The notes below the pieces were generated by a model that saw nothing but the letters and a program-made list of their open reading frames with translations, ran no database searches and was not told where the DNA came from. The position numbers were made by a program, and so were the translations under genes. Shown piece after piece: positions 14,301 through 27,045 of a stretch of 64,000 nucleotides of DNA. Source of the stretch: the human T2T-CHM13v2.0 reference genome, Homo sapiens. Where the stretch lies: assembly GCF_009914755.1 (NCBI RefSeq), contig NC_060929.1; one strand, 5' to 3'. How positions within the stretch are numbered: the stretch's first letter is position 1; each line of letters starts with the position of its first letter.

Positions 14301-15824
14301 ATTCAAAACAGCATAGTACTGGCACAAAAACAGACACATAGACCAATGGAACACAATAGAGAACCCAGAAACAAATCCTCACCCCTACGGTGAACTCATT
14401 TTTGACAAAGGTCCTAAGAAGATACATTGCAGAAAAAACTTTTAAAAATCGTACTGGGAAACATGCTATCTATATGCAGATGAAAAAAATTAGACCTCTA
14501 TCTCTCACCATATACAAAAATTAAATCAAAATGGATTAAAGCCTTAAATTTAAGACCTCAAACTATAAAATTACTACAAAGAAGCACTGGGAAAACTCTC
14601 CAAGATACTGATCTAGAGAAAAATTTTCTGAGTAGTATTTCACAAGAACAGGCAACCAAAGCAAAGATGGAGAAATGGGATCACATCAAGTTAAAAAGCT
14701 TCGAACAGCAAAGGAAACAATCAACAAATTGAAGAGACAATCCACGGAATGGGAGAAAATATTTGCAAAGTACTCATTTGACAAGGGAGTAATAATGATA
14801 ATATAAAAGGAGCTTAAATAACTCTACAGAAAAAATATTATCTGATTTATAAATGGGCAAAAGATTTGAATAGACATTCGAAAGAAGACATAGAAATGGC
14901 AGACATACAAAAAGGTGCTCAGCATCATTGTTCATCAGAGAAATGCAAATCAAAACCTACCATGAGACATCACCTCACCCCAGCTAAAATGGGTCATACC
15001 CCAAAGACAGGCAATAACAAATGCTGGTGAGGATTTGGAGAAAAAGGAATCCTCATATACTGCTGGTGGGAATGTAAATTAGCATAACCACTATGGAGAA
15101 CAGTTCGGAGGTTCCTCAAAAACCTAAAAATTGAGCTACCATGTGATCCAGCAATCCCACTGCTCGGTATATAACCAAAAGAAAGGAAATCAGTATATCA
15201 AAGAGATATCTGTACTCCCATGTTTGTTGCAGCACTGTTTATAATAGTCAAAACTTGGAAGCAACCTAAGTATCCATCGACAGATGAGTGGATAAAGAAA
15301 AGTGGTACATATTCACAATAGAATACTATTCAGCCATAAGAAAGAATGAGATTCAGTCACTTGCAACAACATGGATGAAACTGGAGGTAGTGATTTTAAG
15401 TGAAACAAGCTAGGCATAACATCATACATTCTCACTTACTTGTGAGATCTAAAAATCAAAATAATTGAAATCATGGACATTGTATAAGAATGATTTTCAG
15501 AAGCTGAGAAGGGCAGTAGGGGGCTGTTGGGGAGATTGGGATGGTTAATGGGTACAATAAAATAGAAAGAATGAATAAGATCTAGTATTTGATAGCACAA
15601 CAAGGTTACCATAGTCAATAATAATTTAACTGTACATTTAAAAATAACTAGAAGAGTATGATTGGATTGTAACACAAAGGATAAATGCTTGAGGGGGATG
15701 GATAGCCCATTTTCATGACATTATTATTATGCATTACATGCCTATATAAAAATATTTCATGTACCCCATAAATATACACACCTACTGTGTACCCACAAAA
15801 ATTAAAAATAAAAAGTTTTAAAAA
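8335..15824 (+). mobile_element. Full-length inactive LINE-1, L1MA2-like (about 2 kb 5' UTR, ORF1, ORF2, 3' UTR)
   Basis: 5' end ggggaaagcaaagatgg; ORF1 remnants ~10290-11200 (track ORF 10361-10588); ORF2 ATG at 11705 (MAGVSPY..TLNVN); RT core LVADD at ~13751-13765; ORF2 fragment 14100-14393; L1MA2-type 3' end ggataaatgcttgaggggg...acccacaaaaattaaaaataaaaa; many stops and frameshifts. Confidence 0.93.
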
Positions 15825-16501
15825 GAATATGCAGGAAACAATAGAGAGTCAATGTATATATAGTGCAAATTAATAAAATTGCTCATTGAAATAAACAAGT
15901 TTAGGTAGGGTCAGAGTAGAAGACCTCACACTTTCTAACAGTAATAATAACATTAATGTTGTCTTATGTTGGGAGCTTTCATCATAGGATTAATGACATA
16001 CTAACTGATCTGATTTGGAGTTAGGGCAATATAAGTGCATATGGGCCTTGTTAACCATGCTGTTTTATTTCAGGATGTTAAGGCAGCTAGTTATCCAAAT
16101 TTCAGTAAGTGGGTATCTTTTTCTCTTTTATCTTCTCTCTTGAGCCCTTTATTTCTCCAAATGACAATACTTTAAACTACTTACCAGAAAGCACTACTGG
16201 GTGCCCCTGTCCTAGGGGTCCTATGGAATAGGCTTGCAAAATAATAGGCTATATGTAGGCATGCAATTATTTCTATGACCCCTTCTCACCTGGTTTCCAA
16301 TTCCATAAATGATTATCATCTTCCTTTGTAAGAGGTAATCCCAGGATTCCGCTGTCTCACTAGAGATTAAACTTTTTTTTTTTTCTTTTTGCCTAGGCTT
16401 TAGGTTCCTAACCACTGTATTCTGATTTTTATTTTGGGAGAATGGTGAGGGAGGAGAGGAGGCCAACTGTACTCTATATAAATTTGAAAATAAGCTTTTG
16501 T

Positions 16502-16795
16502 GGCAGGGCATGGTGGCTCACACCTGTAATCCCAGCACTTTGGGAGGCCGAGGTGGGAGAATCACCAGGTCAGGAATTCGATACCAGCCTGGCCAACATG
16601 GTGAAACTCCGTCTCTACTAAAAATACAAAATTAGCCGGGCATGGCATCACACGCCTGTAATCCCAGCTACTCAAGAGGCTGAGGCAGGAGAATCACTTG
16701 AACCCGGGGGGGCGGAGGTTGCAGTGAGCTGAGATCATGCCACTGCACTCCAGCCTGGGCAACAGAGTGAGACTCTGTCTCAGAAGAAAAAAAGA
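16502..16795 (+). mobile_element. AluS (AluSg-like)
   Basis: Complete dimeric Alu whose tail has expanded into purine repeats. Confidence 0.95.
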
Positions 16796-16804
16796 AAGAA
16801 AGAG

Positions 16805-16841
<37 letters not shown>

Positions 16842-16843
16842 GA

Positions 16844-16910
<67 letters not shown>
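16782..16910. repeat. (GA)n/(GAAA)n compound microsatellite from Alu tail
   Basis: Direct reading. Confidence 0.95.
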
Positions 16911-17181
16911 TTAGTTCATGTTTTCTATTCTAGAACCCACCAGCAAAATCCAAGACTCAGAATTCTATGGAAGTAATTAGAAAGTTTTTTATGAGAGTTC
17001 TTCATTGTTAGCCCTTTCACTTGACACTCTTGTTCGAAAAATTAGCTACACTGTATCTATTTTCTATTCAATTTCTGATTTTCAAAAAGATGTTGAAATT
17101 TTTTTTATAATGTAACTTCTTCCATTTTCTTTATCCAAGGATGTAGTTTATTTTTATTATAATTAATATACCCATAGTAGT

Positions 17182-17380
17182 TTATATAGTTTGGGTATGT
17201 GTCCCTGACCACATCTCATGTTAAATTGTAATCCCCAGTGCTGGAAGTGGGCCTGGTAGGAGGTGATTAGCTCATGGGGGTGGGTTTCTTATGAATGGTT
17301 TAGCATCATCCCCTTGGGACTGTCTTCCCCATTGTTCGCAAGTTCTTGCAAGTTATTGTTGTTTAAAAGTGTGCGGCAGC
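17182..17380 (+). mobile_element. MSTA MaLR LTR, 5' part
   Basis: ttatatagtttggg..aattgtaatcccc..gaatggtttagcatcatcccctt..gtttaaaagtgtg; continues at 18796. Confidence 0.88.
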
Positions 17381-18799
17381 CCATCCAAGCCAGGGGCCAT
17401 GTTATTTCCTCTGCGCCTGATGGCAGCCGCTGGAGTCAGAGCCTGGCATCTCCACCACTTCCGCCTTCTGCTATGCAGGTCCCAACCCTCTCTCTGTTCT
17501 CATTGCACTCAGATGGGCCAGCCCAGAGCTCTGTATGGCCATGAGAAATTTCTTGCACTCCTATAATAAGCCGGCATTGTGATGGAATACTTTCTCCCTG
17601 TCATTTGAGTGAATCTTCTCAACAACACTAGGAGATAATGATGATTGAATTGAACAATTAAGAGTTCTGAAGCCAAAGCTCTTAACGGCAGGAAAATCAT
17701 CACTTTTTAAAGTAATTCTCTTTGGAGATGGTGGAGTTGGAAAGAGTTATCTTATGCACAGATATGTAATTAATAAGTTTGATACCCAGCTCTTTCATAC
17801 AATAGGTGTGGAATTTTTAAGTAAAGATTTGGAAGTGGATGGACATTTTGGTACCAAGTAGAATTGGGACACAGCAGGTCAGGAGCGATTCTGAAGCCTG
17901 AGGATGCCATTTTACAGAGGTTCTGACTGCTGCCTGCTTACTTTTAGTGTTGACAATTCCAAAGCTTCCAGAACTTAAGTAACTGGAAGAAAGAATTCTT
18001 ATATTTCGCTGATGTGAAAGAACCCAAAAGCTTTCCTTTTGTAATTTTGGGTAACAAGACTGACAGTGAACAGCAGGTGTCTGCAGAAGAAGCCCAAGCC
18101 TGGTGCAGGGACGGCAGCGACTATCCTTAATTTGAAACAAGTGCAAAAGATGCCACAAATGTGGCAGTAGCATTTGAAAAGGGGGTTCCAAGAGTTCTTA
18201 CTACCAGGGATAGGTCAGATCACTTGACTCAGAGAGTGATGGTCTGACTTCATCGAAACCATTGGTCAATCTTCATTGAAAGCCCAAGCCTAGCTCATCT
18301 TAATGTTGATTGTTAAAGACATTGTTGATGCATTCTAAACAACTCACAGGTACACACAAAATCAACATGGGGATGGAGAAGAGAATTAGCATTTGCAGCA
18401 GTGTATCATCTACTAATAAAATTAAACTAATGTATAGTGCTGCTTTTCAATAGTTGGTAGGAGAAGGAACACATCCACTCATGGAGGAGTCTGTTTACTG
18501 AATAATGGCACTTTACATTTATAAATTGCAACAGTTGTTTAACAACATTTCTTTAATTTAAACATGTAAGTCACACAGCTAATAAATAAGATGATCAAGA
18601 CTTTAATTACAATTAAAACAAGAAACTTGACTATTCTAGAAATTATGCTTGGATTTTTTCCTGGGAAAACAGAGAACTACTTTTTATATGTGTATCTTTT
18701 TATGCAATTAGCATTGTATTCTTAGTTCAGGGAAAATATATCCAAAAGCAATAGTATTAGATATTAAATATTAAAATCTAATGTATTTGAAAAAAAAAA
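17381..18799 (+). pseudogene. Processed pseudogene of RAB9A (Rab9 small GTPase): 5' UTR, CDS remnant 17685-18309, 3' UTR, poly(A)
   Basis: Translation from 17685: (ACG)AGKSSLFKVILFGDGGVGKS..KFDTQLFHTIGVEFL..WDTAGQERF*SLR.PFYRGSDCCLLTFSV..GNK..ETSAKDATNVA..KPKPSSS*C* matches RAB9A. Start ATG>ACG, stops at 17859, 17892 and 18301, frameshift ~17960, A10 at 18790-18799, TSD AAAAGTGTG(N)n, TT/AAAA L1 endonuclease site. Confidence 0.96.
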
Positions 18800-19025
18800 G
18801 TGTGGGACACCTCCTCCCTCTCTTGTTCCTGCTTTCACTATGTTGATGTACCTCCTCTCCCTTTACATTCTGCCATGAGTGTAAGCTTCCTGAGGCCTCC
18901 CCAGAAGCAGATACACCTACGTTTTCTGTACAGCCTGCAGAACTGTAAGCCAAATAAACTTCTGTTCTTTATAAATTGCCCAGTCTTAGTATTTCTTTAT
19001 AGCATTGCAAGAATGGTCTAATACA
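18796..19025 (+). mobile_element. MSTA MaLR LTR, 3' part
   Basis: gtgtgggacacctcc..gtaagcttcctgaggcctccccagaagc..aataaac..ctaataca completes the LTR begun at 17182. Confidence 0.88.
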
Positions 19026-20115
19026 ATAGGTATTATGTAAAATTCTAAGTTGATCATTATATTCAACATAATGTTTTCCTCTGTTTTACAGTTGATATAT
19101 CAACTGATATATATAATAGAAGTTTTTCCAGATCTTTATTTCCTGAAGGTCTGTCTTTGCTCACCTGTTTTCTCTTTTGCCAAAAGAAGGAAGTGTGAAT
19201 CTGATAATTCAAAGTTCAAGAACATTAATTTGGACATGTGACTAGTTGGCTAGGGTGCTATTATTACTAAGCATAAATCTATATAGTATTTCTTAATTTA
19301 CATTCCTCTCTGACATGCAGGATGACTAAATTAAGGCAGAACTGTTTCTTCAAGGTAGATCAGATACATTATCCTTTTTTTTATCCTATTCTTTATTTTG
19401 TTGCCACACTGTATTTTTAGAGAAAATAGGCTGTAATCTATTAGAACCCTTTGTTTCTTTTCCTTTCTTTAGGTGGCTGCTGAGAATGTAGTTATAAATG
19501 TACTTTGAATACAGGCCTTAAAAATCTGGGAAGTCTTGCCTAAGTTTTCGGTCTTAATCACTGATGTTGATCCTACTATATGACATTTGGTTATGGGCAT
19601 TAGGCTCATTTTTAATAAGGCATTAATTGATTTCCCATTTCTCAGGAACTCCAAGGAGAGGAGAGATAACTTGCAGGACAAGACTGAGATGTTATTAAGT
19701 ATACTATCAAAACAACATTTATACTTTTTGAATAGTCTGGAAAAATAAAAGTTAGAACTTTTTAACACTTTACCAAGATATTGTTTTGACCTTCCCTTGG
19801 TGTGCTATCTTAACCAAGACTAAAGACTGTTTAGAAGTAACAGATTCAGCCTTGTAACCTGAAGATAATTAGATCAGACAAGTTTTACAACGAGCAAAAA
19901 CCAAGAACAGACAGAAAAGAGACTCGGAGAATCCTGACAAAAAGGGCTAACCATAGCTTACTACTTTCCAAGACTTGGACTCTTGCCATCATGTGCACTT
20001 CATTGCTATGTCAAGAAGCAAGTCCTGACAGAATTGCACAATAAGATCTCAGCAGTATTCTTACTGACTGCAAAAAACTGGAGATTCTTTATAGGGTTAG
20101 AAAATACTTTTGGAT

Positions 20116-20575
20116 TTTTATTAGTTTCCTATTGATGCTGTAACAAATTACCACAAACTTGGTGGTTTTAAAAAATACAAGTTTATTACCTTATACTTTC
20201 GAAGGTCAGAAGTTTTCAAATCAAGGTGCCAAGAGGTCTGAGTTTCTTTTGGAAACTCTAAGAGAAAGTGAATTTTTCTGTCTTTTCTGGTTTCCAGAGG
20301 CTGTCTGCATTACTTGGCGAGTGGTCACTTCCTTGCATATCTACAATCTTTGCATCCATTGTTACTTCTCCTTCTCTTTGACCTTCTTGCTGGCATCTTA
20401 TATGAACTTTCATGATTACATTAGTCCTATCTGAATAAGCCAAGTCAATAACCACATCTCAGGATGCTTAACTTAATCCCCTAGACCAAGGCCTTTTTGC
20501 TGTGTGAGTTAACGTATTTACAGATTTATGGAATTAGGAGGGGTGCAATTTTAGAAGGATATTATTCTATGCAAT
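20116..20575 (-). mobile_element. MLT1 (C/D-like) MaLR LTR
   Basis: tattagtttcctattgatgctgtaacaaattaccacaaacttggtgg is the reversed MLT1 3' end. Confidence 0.75.
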
Positions 20576-21204
20576 GTTGTATAGAATTTTGTAACAGTAG
20601 CTGGTCAGTATACTTACTGCCCCAGTAAGACTAGAAGTTGTACTTTTGATTTAAAAATTACTTGACATTGTATTTAGCAACAGTGTTTTCTAAAATTTGT
20701 AAATCAATAAATGAGATTTCTAAAATAATATATCTTTAATGACACTTAAGTTTGACAACCAATAACTGCTACAGCTTTAAATATTGCATTCATACCTTCA
20801 CATCTGGTGATATAAACTTCAAGATTTGTCTCTGAATCAGAATATTCGGCAAAATAAAACAATTTACTACAAGTGTTTGTCCCTTTCATGTGCATAATTT
20901 TATGCTTCCCCTTCAGCTCCTCAACCTTTAACACTTAGGCTTGACTACCAATCCCAATATTGTACATCTTTGTTTTCTCACAGATCTTGCATATTCACAT
21001 AAAAAAAGTAAAAGTTATAGTTTTCACAGGAGGGAGTTTCAGCAGGTGAAATATATTTTTTGTGAAAATGAATATTATACATTTTAGTATATATACGAAT
21101 GAATAGTATACACATAGCTATGTAAAAACTAGTTAACATAGTAGAAAAACTATAATAATTTATTAGCACAAGTATGAGATCATATATTAGTGCTCATTTT
21201 GCTT

Positions 21205-21373
21205 GGAGTTTAACTTTTGTCAAATTGCTTAAATGCCTCAAGCCTAAATTTATTTGAATTATAGAGATGTACTACCTAAGAATATTTGTGTAATGTTCAA
21301 GTAAGAGCATGTGTGTGAGCTTAGAACAGTAATTAATATTTGATAAGCCTCAATAAATTGTAATCACTATTAT
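21205..21373 (+). mobile_element. MIR relic
   Basis: aaattgcttaaatgcctcaagcct...gcttagaacagt...ctcaataaattgtaatcactattat. Confidence 0.55.
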
Positions 21374-22023
21374 AGAAAATCACAAATTTCTTCCCTGTAT
21401 CTAATGAAAGTCCTGTACCTCAAAACTAAGTAATAGTAACATATTACAGAAAATGTCAAGTTCTCCAATCACTTTATAAATTGTATACTTCCCAAAACTT
21501 CTTTAGTACAAAATGGCAAATAGTCTAACTTACTATTAAAGCTCTTTTTCAATTTGTTCAGTTTTGACTTGCTGTGTTAGCAACACAGTTATATAAACCA
21601 GTGTTAATACCCAATAGGCTTAAATGACTTGGTAACAGGAGTAGATTAGTCACTCCCCAAAGTTATCAATTAATATTATGCTTTACATCTAATTTAGTTA
21701 AATTTCTTCAAAAATCAATAGTGCAGAAAGAAATTCTACCTTTAAAGTCGTTAAATTATTTGAGATTTGTTATCTTTTGTGAGCAGTCATTTTAATTTTA
21801 TAGAGATGAAAAGTGTCCTCACTTGAAATAAATGAACAGGGGCTATTGTAGTGTACATTTTTTGAGGTTTGTCTTTCTGGATTCAAGAAATAATAGGGGG
21901 AGAGGACGGGTAGAATGCATAAACATTTGTATTCTAGATGTTATAACTAGCAATAATTAAAGGACTAAATTCAAGAACTACAGAAAAGAGTTGCTACCAA
22001 CTTAGATATCAGATCCTGAGAGG

Positions 22024-22245
22024 TATACATTATGTCATTAACTATAGTCACCGTATTATGCAGTAGATTTCAAACACTTCTTTCTCCAGTCGAAATGAAT
22101 CTTTGTACCCTTTGATCTCCCCATTACCTTCCCCGCCTCTGATAACTACCATTTTACCTCTTAAAAATTCCACAATATACACGTATATCAAAACATCACA
22201 TCATACCCCATAAGTACACTTACTTGTTTAGTAAAAATAAAAATA
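22024..22245. mobile_element. Short L1MA (8/9-like) 3' UTR insertion with 5' inversion
   Basis: 22030-22160 antisense L1MA 3' UTR, 22161-22245 sense terminal segment plus A tail; TATACATT on both flanks. Confidence 0.7.
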
Positions 22246-24536
22246 TACATTTTAAAAACATCATCAGAGGTGAAGTGTGCCTTCTCAGTATTTTCATTTT
22301 GTCCACTACAAACAAGCCCAGCTATAGTAAACGTAGCTTGTTTCTTAACTTAGCTATTAAATTTGTTGGTATGATGAATAAAAAAAGAGTAGATACATCA
22401 ATAGGACCTGATACTGATCTATCAAAATTTTAACTTAATTTGTCATTTCTTGATGAACTTTAACTCAACCCCTAACATATTTAATTTCATCAAATTTCCA
22501 TTCCAAGCTTTATTTCTATTACTAAAAAAATTTAAAATTAACTCTACATAAATGTTTTCAATTATGTTCTTCTTTTGATGGTTTTGACTTCTTTAAAAAT
22601 GTTAAGTCACTAAAGCCAAAATATTTAAAGTCCTTTCATAATTTGTTGACTGAAAGTGATTAATACATTTTGAATATTCTTATTTTAGTGCTCAAAAATA
22701 TTTACATTATTTATAATTGGGCTATCTAATATTGTAATATTCAATAAAAATAGAACTTAGTTCTCCTGACAGAAGAGTGTCACCCTTCAAGTGATCTACA
22801 AAAAAAAAATTTGCACAGTTTTATATTAGTGTTAAAATCTTTTAGAAAGCCAGAGGCAGACATTTAATTCCTTTAAGATGTGTTTATGCTCATATACACC
22901 TCGAAGGAACATGATGTAAATGAAGTTACTTATATTTAAGAGGGTGCACAAGGTTATAAAAGTTGCTGAGCAAAATGAGAGTTAGTGCTGACTAGGAATT
23001 ATGAATTGTGTGGCAAAGCTAAGATAGCAGTGGAGTTTAAAACTAAAAATTAATAATGTATGATTGTTATCTTCTCCAGCCTTGCTAAGAATCCTAAGGT
23101 TATAGTTAATATTTTGGCTAGTTAAGTTACTTCAAGGTTGAGTTTTGCCATATCAGACATTGACTATGAGTCAACAAAGTTTGTCGTTGAAATATTAAGT
23201 TATTATAAATATGACAGACTATGGAATGTAAACAAAGAAAAACATCAGTAAAGACTGGTTGATACTGATAGACAGATTAGAAGTGAGGAGCCCAAGAAAA
23301 TGAATAAGATTTAATGAGGTTAGTAACTAGAGTAGAGTAGAAATAAAAGAGTGAGAATAGGATGCATAATTGTACTTAGATCGTAAAATTTTTGAATTTA
23401 AGACACCAGAGATAGAACAGTTGCCAATAATGTTAAAATTCAGATATGGCTGTGGGAAATGAAGGATCAGATCAAATCACTCAAGAGGCTACGATATAGG
23501 GATATTTGTCTGCATGGAGATTTGGATTCACCCAGGTTGATACCAACTATTGGTCTAGTAAAGCAGATCTTATTTTTAGGTGATGAGCTCATTAAATGAG
23601 AAAATCTAACCAGAATATTACCAAAGAAAAAACAAGAGAGATAGATGCCATGAGTCTTAAGTGCAAATAATTGGAGCTATTGCAGCTTAAGGTGGGTATG
23701 TTGTTTGTTTTGAAAGGGTTGTGTTGGCTTTGGTAAGAGCAAATAAAGTGGCTACTACAGCACTGTGAAGATACTGAGGAGCTTGTTGACTTCATTTGGG
23801 AAGCAATCGCTGTCAAATAATCTTTAGAGAGTTAATTTATAAAGTGTTGAGTCTAAACAGATAAAGAGGAGAGATGCTTTGTTCATGGGGTATCTTAAAA
23901 TGAAGTACAAGCCTAAGCTCCATCTGTATATCAGAAGTAATCTTTTCTTTTTGACTCCAGACTAGAACATCAACTTGTGTGTATTGTGAAATGAAGTCAA
24001 TAGCCAAAAGGCAGGATTAGTTGGTGCTCCCAAAATTTGGAGGCAGTAATAAAAGTATAGGTATACACTAGAACTTTCCTAATTTCAGTGGATTAAAACA
24101 TGTAAATCTCTCCATATATTTATACAATTTGTCTTATCTGCAGACTTTTGTATATCTATGTAGATACATTTTATAGGTGTATATATATATAATAATTATT
24201 TATGTATAGCCACTGTTTCTGTTCATATCACTATCACACTGGATTTATCTGAACTTTGGCATGTGGAATTTGTGAAGCTTATTATTAATCTTTTAAATGG
24301 TTCATGCATGAAGCACAGCATAACATGTACTAGGCAAAGGATTATTTTCAAATCTGAAAATTACACCACTGATATTTTAGGCATAGATTACTTTTTCTTT
24401 CTTCTAAATCATGGAATTCACTTTATGTTTCCCTATGTTTCCATAGCTACTTCACTTAATTCAGTGGTATTAAATTTATTTCAAACACATGAAGGCCTTA
24501 TACGATCTGTCAAGGAAAAAGAAACTTTTCAATATT

Positions 24537-24558
24537 AATATATATATATATATATATA
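24537..24558. repeat. (TA)n microsatellite
   Basis: Direct reading. Confidence 0.9.
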
Positions 24559-26799
24559 GGAGTTAACCTTTTATGTGAATTCTTTGATAGTAGGATTTCA
24601 ATAGTAGTAGATACAGTGAAATCAATAAAGGTCAGAAAAAAGATTTCTTTAGCAAATATTACTAGGAAATGGTAAAAATGTATATCATAAAGCAGAATTT
24701 AAACTTGATGTTCTGAACTCCTGCTCTACGAGGTTATTTCATTATTGATATAATAAACCTTTCACTGAAGAGGTAAAAAAAACTTGGAAATAGCTCCAAA
24801 ATCTATTTTCCAATGATAGTAAAAATAATGGCTAAAGTGTGATATTATAATCTTAGGCATATGTATAAAATAGCAATAAGCTAATATTCTTGAATTATCT
24901 TGAAGAATATTTGAGCCCCATTTAGAATAGTATCATAGGCAATAAATGGCAGGTTGGAATTTTGCAAATCTATTAGAATGTATACAAGGAAAGCACAATT
25001 TAAAGAAAAAAAAAACTCCTCAAATCAACTATCTCTACATGTGGAGAATCTATCAGCTCCTGTGTCCTTCCACTGAAAATTAAAGAAGAATTAGAATTAA
25101 GAAAATTCTCAAAGCAGAATGAAAGGAACAATGAGAAAGCCTGTAAAAGTGACTAAAAATACACTTTAGTTCTAAAAATGGAAAATATTAAATATATCAG
25201 TCGGCTATTTGTACTTTATAATCATTACTTAATATATTCAAATCCAAATGATAATTCAGAGATTTTTTAAAAATATATTTATCAGTGATATAAAAGGAAA
25301 ATTATAAATAAATAAAAAGGAAAGCACAAAAATAACAAGGAAATGAAAATAATTGAATATAATCCTTCAGAAAAATCAAAAGTAGAAATGTAGAGTATAT
25401 TTTTGAAAAGCATTAGTATATAAGAAGATTAGAAAAATCAACCAGTGATGAGATACACAATTTGGAAACTGAAAAAAGCTGAGAAAATGGTGGTTAAATT
25501 TAATTTTTTTATCAACTTAATCATGTATCTTTACATTTCATTTCAATATGTAATTAAAACTGGTCATGTAAATTTGCCATTTAGTAAGCTATTCACTAAA
25601 AAATGTTCCTAAAGCTCTCCAGGAAGAACAAGAAAAATGCTTAGAAAAGTTGAAAATTAGATTCAAGAACCATTTATTTCTTCCTAGGTAACAGTGGCTG
25701 AAATTGAGAGAAAGAAAAATGGCCTGAGTTACTGTTCTTTACTTATGGACAAGGATGCATTGCAATAACTTTCTTCTGAGGAAATTAAAATTACATGCTA
25801 TGGTAGTATATTCATAGTCAGAATATGTCTTAATTTTTTTGTCACATGTTACATTTTGATAAGTTAGTTTGCCAAAGAAAATGTATTTTGTCAACCCAAA
25901 GTATATTAACTTGTGTGTGTATAGGTATATGTGAGTGTGTGTTTATGTAGCAATCTCTTCCCACATCTGTTTAATTAATTAGGCATTTTTTTGTCCTTAC
26001 TTTGTACTTCGTTTATGCTACTGGAGGCTCACAGGGAGTTAAAAGAAAACCCTAATTACCTAGCTAACATATTTTATAACACATGAGTGATGAATTAATA
26101 CCAAAAGTTTATTTGAAGCAAATATTGTATTTGGAGGCAAAAAGTTTGAAGGTTTTATTACAGTGGTCTAACAAATATTGAGTCTTTAATGGGAGAATTG
26201 CTCACTGGAGTAAATTAAAACTGGAAGTTGAAGCTGCAAATATTCACAGAGGGAATTGGTGTATAATTTTAAATTGCCAATAGCCTGGTTTAACATTTTA
26301 GCACGCAATCAACTTGGCAGAATCAGACTTCTTGACACAGGTGCACAGCAGGAGCCTTGTAAGAACCTTATTGAAGAGAACTGGTCAGGATTTTACAGTT
26401 TCATCTTCTGTTTGTTACCAACATGTCATTTTATGTCTCAGTGAGCTTTGCTAATAATAATATAAATGAGATGTTTCAAAATACTTTGGCGTTTTTAATC
26501 ACAGATTTTAATAAAACCATAAAAGTCATAATAATTTTATAGCCTCGAGGTAGAACAATTAAAAATAATATGCCTTATTAAGAAAGTAAGAAACTTCTTT
26601 GATGAAGCTAGAGGTTAAATTTGGAGGAGTTTAGATATTCAGTAAACTGTAACACTAACATTTAATCAAATTAGTTGGTAATTTTGAAGACTGAAGCTTA
26701 GGTTATAAAAGTTTCCCAGTCAGTATGTTTTTCTATTTTACGTTATGTCATATTAGAGTAATTATTTGCATACTCAAGTAATTATTTGCATTCTCATAC

Positions 26800-27045
26800 A
26801 AATGTTATAGAGATAAGTATGTTGGCTCTAGAACTAAACTGCTTGGTCTTGAATCCTCCTATTTTCAATTACTGTCATTACTGCCCATAGAACCATAGGT
26901 AAGTTAAATAACCTCTCCGTACTTCATATTTCTCATCCATGAAATGGGAATAAAAACACACCTCAAAGGAATTAAATAAATTACTCCGCATAAGCCTGGA
27001 ATAATAAGCACTAGCTATAATTGTTATTGTTTGTTATTATTGTTA
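26800..27045 (+). mobile_element. MIR
   Basis: ggctctagaactaaactgcttgg..gaatcc..ggtaagttaaataacctctc..ttctcatccatgaaatgggaataa (MIR core). Confidence 0.7.

Noticed and set aside
16060-16110. Possible micro-exon (ttttatttcag...ca/gtaagt); similar acceptor/donor pair at ~38825-38890
   Set aside because: Splice-like motifs are frequent in AT-rich DNA; no coding or transcript support from sequence alone
16737-16976. Lys/Glu/Arg-rich ORF
   Set aside because: Alu tail microsatellite translation
17817-18191. 124-aa minus-strand ORF
   Set aside because: Antisense shadow of the RAB9A pseudogene; no recognisable protein features
17381-18799. Assigning a specific pseudogene symbol or chromosome
   Set aside because: Several RAB9 retrocopies exist and the locus cannot be identified without a search
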